Positions 60,208-64,000 of a stretch of 64,000 bases of DNA are shown piece after piece. The notes under the pieces were generated by a model. It worked only from the letters and a program-made list of their open reading frames with translations. It made no database searches and had not been told where the DNA came from. The position numbers and the translations under genes were made by a program. Source of the stretch: Flavobacteriales bacterium (GTDB lineage Bacteria; Bacteroidota; Bacteroidia; Flavobacteriales; JANQLC01); contig JANQLC010000031.1 in the NCBI GenBank assembly GCA_028280815.1, positions 23,269 to 87,268 of the forward strand, read 5' to 3'. Positions within the stretch are counted from its first letter, which is position 1. Every line of letters begins with the position of its first letter.

Positions 60208-61710
60208 ATGAGAAAAAATCTGACGATGAATCATTTTGCGGTTACGGGAACCTTTATCCTGTATTTGATCATCACGTTGGCAGTGGGTTATATCGCATAC
60301 AAGCGCACTTCGAGCTCGTCGGACTATTTCTTGGGCGGTCGTTCGCTGGGCCCTTTTACCGCAGCGATTTCGGCTGATGCATCCGATATGAGCGGTTGGT
60401 TGCTAATGGGCCTGCCCGGTTATGCCTATGTCGCCGGCGTGCAGTCGCTATGGCTAGCCGGTGGTCTGTTGATCGGCAAATACCTGAACTGGCTGATCTG
60501 TGCGAAGCGGCTGCGTACGTACAGCATTGTGGCTGATGATTCGCTAACCCTACCCGAATTTCTCGCACGCCGTTTTGGCGATCGCTCCAAACTGCTCCAG
60601 GCTGTCTCGGCGTCCTTCATTTTGCTGTTCTTTCTGTTCTATACCAGTTCGGGTTTGGTGGCAGGAGGCAAACTCTTTGAATCGGTATTTGGCTTCGATT
60701 ACCGCATTGCTGTTGTTGTGGCTACGGTCTGTGTGATTTCTTATACCCTATGGGGGGGGTTCCTCGCTGTAGCTTGGACAGATGTGATACAAGGGCTGCT
60801 CATGCTCGCAGCCTTACTCATCGTACCCATTGCGGCGATGAGCGGTGGGGTGGGCGATTTTACCCGGGCGCTCGAGCTGAAAAACCCGGAACTATTAACG
60901 CTGTTTCACGATGTGAAAGGGCAACCCTTATCCGCCGTTGCGATTGTTTCACTACTGGCCTGGGGCCTGGGTTACTTCGGTCAGCCCCACATACTCGCGC
61001 GTTTCAAAGCGACGCGTAGCAATGCCGCGATAAAGACAGCGCGTCGCATCGCGGTTTCTTGGGCTGCACTATCCATGGCGGGTGCGGTTCTCGTGGGCTT
61101 GGTCGGTATTGTATACGCCGATAACCACGCCATAAGAGTAGCTGATAGTGAAGCGATTTTCATGCTATTGGTAAACGCAATCTTCCATCCCGTCGTAGCG
61201 GGTGTGCTACTTGCAGCAGTCCTTGCGGCGATCATGAGCACGGCGGATTCACAACTACTCGTATCCGCTGCTGCATTGGCTGAAGATTTTTACAGACAAG
61301 CATTCCGCCCTAAGGCGTCATCGAGGGAAATCGTAATGATCAGCCGCATTTCAGTAGCCGTATTGGCTGGGGTTGCACTGGTGCTCGCGATGAATCCGGA
61401 TCGCTCGGTGCTGGGTTTGGTCTCTTACGCCTGGGCGGGTTTTGGGGCTGCCTTTGGTCCTGTATTGCTGCTGAGTCTATATTGGAAGCGGATGAACCGA
61501 AATGGCGCCCTGGCGGGTATCGCCGTGGGCGGCTTAACCGTTGTGGTCTGGAAGTCGATGTCCGGGGGGCTCTTCGAGCTGTACGAAATCCTACCGGGTT
61601 TTATCTCGGCCACGCTGGCAGCAATTGGCGTGAGTCGATTATCGGGTCAGCCACCGCAAGCCGTTCAGCAGCAATTCGATCGCTTTGCGGAATGCTGTAA
61701 AACCGGCTAA
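60208..61710 (+). CDS. putP: Sodium/proline symporter
   Basis: YFLGGRSLG, ASDMSGWLLMGLPG, WGLGYFGQPHILARF, AAIMSTADSQLL, YAWAGFGAAFGP. Confidence 0.95.
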   Translation: MRKNLTMNHFAVTGTFILYLIITLAVGYIAYKRTSSSSDYFLGGRSLGPFTAAISADASDMSGWLLMGLPGYAYVAGVQSLWLAGGLLIGKYLNWLICAKRLRTYSIVADDSLTLPEFLARRFGDRSKLLQAVSASFILLFFLFYTSSGLVAGGKLFESVFGFDYRIAVVVATVCVISYTLWGGFLAVAWTDVIQGLLMLAALLIVPIAAMSGGVGDFTRALELKNPELLTLFHDVKGQPLSAVAIVSLLAWGLGYFGQPHILARFKATRSNAAIKTARRIAVSWAALSMAGAVLVGLVGIVYADNHAIRVADSEAIFMLLVNAIFHPVVAGVLLAAVLAAIMSTADSQLLVSAAALAEDFYRQAFRPKASSREIVMISRISVAVLAGVALVLAMNPDRSVLGLVSYAWAGFGAAFGPVLLLSLYWKRMNRNGALAGIAVGGLTVVVWKSMSGGLFELYEILPGFISATLAAIGVSRLSGQPPQAVQQQFDRFAECCKTG

Positions 61711-61955
61711 GGCAGTTAGAACAAAGTATCGGGATATGGCTCGAATTCGTCTAATTCGACGGATTAATCAGAAGTGCATGGCAGCGTTATCACCGATAGC
61801 TATTTTGAAGCGCCACCGCGCAGCGGTATATCTCAAACGCCAGGCGTACACCTCATATGGGAAGACCTGAGTAAGTGCAGCCGAGCTGTTCTGTGGAATT
61901 CTGTAGTTTTGTCCTCGATTTTTAAACGTTGGGTCGAATTTAAAAAACGCGCAAT

Positions 61956-63442
61956 ATGAAAAAAGCGGTATTCGTGGCATGGGGCGTAATGGCTTTACAG
62001 GCGTTGCCAGCCCAAGGGCACATGACGCCCGAATTGCTTTGGCAAGTCAAGCGCATCAGCGTCATGGGGCTCACCCCAGGCGGGGACAGCTTGGCGTATC
62101 AAGTCACCGAGCCCAAAATGGCGGAAAGCGATTTTTCATCGACCTATTTCGCCCTTCCCATCAACGGTGGCGATGCTTCACCACTGACGAACTACCAATC
62201 GGTCTTAGCCGACAAAACCTTTCTTTAGATGGAAAATACATATGCTACGACGAGGCGGTTCAAGTAGAAAACGTATTGGGAAAAGACATCTACAAAGATT
62301 TGGACAAGACCAGCGCGCGGCTATACACCCATTTGGATTACCGCCATTGGGACAGGTGGAACACGGGTAAGTATCACCACGTATTTTTCAAAGTGAATAG
62401 AAAGGGGTGCAAAGGGTGTGGACATCATGCAGGGCGAGGCCTACTACCCGGGTAAGTCCAGAAAGCGCCCTGTGGTCAAACAAATTTCGACAGGTCGGTT
62501 TAACGTGACCGGAATGGTGGCTGAGACCCCAGACGGCCTTATCGTGACGCGAGAAGATATGAATCACGCCACTGAAATTTACGCCTATCGCTTTGCGCAA
62601 AGGGATTTCAAACAATTAACCCATGTCAACGACGATTTACGCCAAGCTGGATTTGCCCACCGTAGAGAAGCGCTATGTAACCACGACCGATCACAAAAAA
62701 ATGTTGGTTTGGGTGGTATTGCCCCCCATTTTGACCCCTATAAGAAGTATCCCACCTACTGTATTGCCAAGGGGGGCGCAAGCCGCCCTATCGCAGTTTT
62801 ACTCCTTTCGTTGGAACTTCCAGTTGATGGTCTCGCAGGTATATATCGTGGTGGCCCCCAATCGCAGGGATATGCCGGGTCATGGCGTGCGGTGGAACGA
62901 GGAGATCAGCACGGATTGGGGCGGGCAAAACATGCGAGACTACCTTTCCGCCATCGATGCGTTCGCTAAAGAACCCTATGTAGATGCGGATCGCTTGGGT
63001 GCAGTTGGCGCGAGTTACGGGGGGCTATTCGGTATTTTATCTCGCCGGTATTCACAACGATTGCTTTAAAACCTTTATCGCATACGACGGCGTTTTCGAT
63101 ACCCGAATCGTGTACGGCACCACAGACGAATTGTTTTTTGTGAATCACGACCTGGGCGGTCCCTATTGGGATCATAAAAACCGAGCCGCAAGAAAGGCCT
63201 ATCGCGAATTCAACCCGATTACGCGTGTGGCAAAGTGGCATACGCCCATCTTAATCGTGCAAGGGGGGCGAGATTACCGCGTACCCATCGGGCAGGGACT
63301 ATCGGCTTTTCAAGCAGCGCAATTGCTGGGTATTCAAAGCGAGCTCTTATACTTCCCCGATGAAAATCACTGGGTGTTGCACCCGCAGAATGCTTTGGTT
63401 TGGCAACGTCAATTTTTTGACTGGCTGAAAAAGACCTTGTAA
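61956..63442 (+). pseudogene. S9 family peptidase (Dpp5-like), multiply frameshifted and internally deleted
   Basis: Five overlapping fragments: MTPELLW, LDYRHWD.W, DPYKKYP, SFRWNFQLM, GASYGG, QGGRDYRVP, DENHWV. Confidence 0.88.
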
Positions 63443-63449
63443 AAGACGG

Positions 63450-63790
63450 GCGCCCCAAACCTAAGGACAAAAAAATAAGTCTGTCCGCAGCAGTGCCCCG
63501 AGTTGAGACATACAAAAGTCAGCATGGCTGACTACGAGACAAATCTAAAAAAATAAGCCTAAGCCCCTTTTTCAAACTGCCAATCGGAAATAAAAAAGCA
63601 ATACCCTTTATCAAATCAACTCAAGAGGACAAAAACAAAGAATAAGCCTTTCAGAGCGCCAACCGGAGAACAAAAGATAAGACTCCTTTTTAAACGATCA
63701 TATGAGATGAAAAACCAATACCTGCCTTTCAAGCCAACCGCAGAGGCAAAATCAAAAGAATAAGCCCTGCTTTAAGCAGCTGTGCACAGG
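63450..63790. repeat. Degenerate satellite-like array, family 1, inverted orientation (A-rich on +)
   Basis: gacaaaaaaataagtc, aaaaaataagcctaagccccttttcaaac, caaaagataagactcctttttaaac, aaaagaataagccctgctttaagc match the reverse complement of family-1 units. Confidence 0.7.
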
Positions 63791-63943
63791 GAAGTACGAA
63801 AAATCTCGAGGTTTGGATCGTCTCATACAGGACACAGACAAAAGACGGGTGCTTCTCGTTGAATGGAAGGGCTCAGTTTCGGAGTTTTTGCTACATTTAC
63901 GCGCTTTTTGCCCGAGCGAGACAAACCCGATTTAAACGCATAT

Positions 63944-64000
63944 ATGGGACCCATCAGTTACAGCATTCCCCTTTTTGCAGCCGTGGGGCTAATCGTCATG
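63944..64000 (+). CDS. Start of a membrane protein, possibly a membrane pyrophosphatase; truncated by window end
   Basis: MGPISYSIPLFAAVGLIVM, open to the end; only 19 codons visible. Confidence 0.3.
   Translation, partial: MGPISYSIPLFAAVGLIVM

Overview
Chromosomal window from a Bacteroidota (Flavobacteriales-like) bacterium, judged from the short RpoD, alpha2 GlyRS, TAnnTTTG promoter motifs and the menG-tamL-fbaA-accD-rpsO-pnp-rpoD-rpe gene order. It shows active genome erosion, as expected of a host-associated lineage. About 35 intact housekeeping or transport genes are interspersed with: (i) pseudogenes and deletion scars (outer-membrane barrel, LanC and HlyD relics, S9 peptidase, an in-frame DASS/SdhA/SdhB chimera, a stub at the expected porT position); (ii) genes that look horizontally acquired (dcuB, putP, panBCD; donor guesses are from recalled sequences, not searches); (iii) an AT-richer cassette of four co-oriented surface lipoproteins with shuffled shared domains, plus a decayed paralog 30 kb away; (iv) seven non-coding, strand-asymmetric satellite-like arrays: six degenerate ones built from two shared motif families and one young 32-bp minisatellite. 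Every array lies behind a gene 3' end, with the A/C-rich strand matching a transcript that runs into it. The satellite arrays and the lipoprotein cassette are the best candidates for an undescribed system. No rRNA, tRNA, transposase, cas gene or true CRISPR array was seen.
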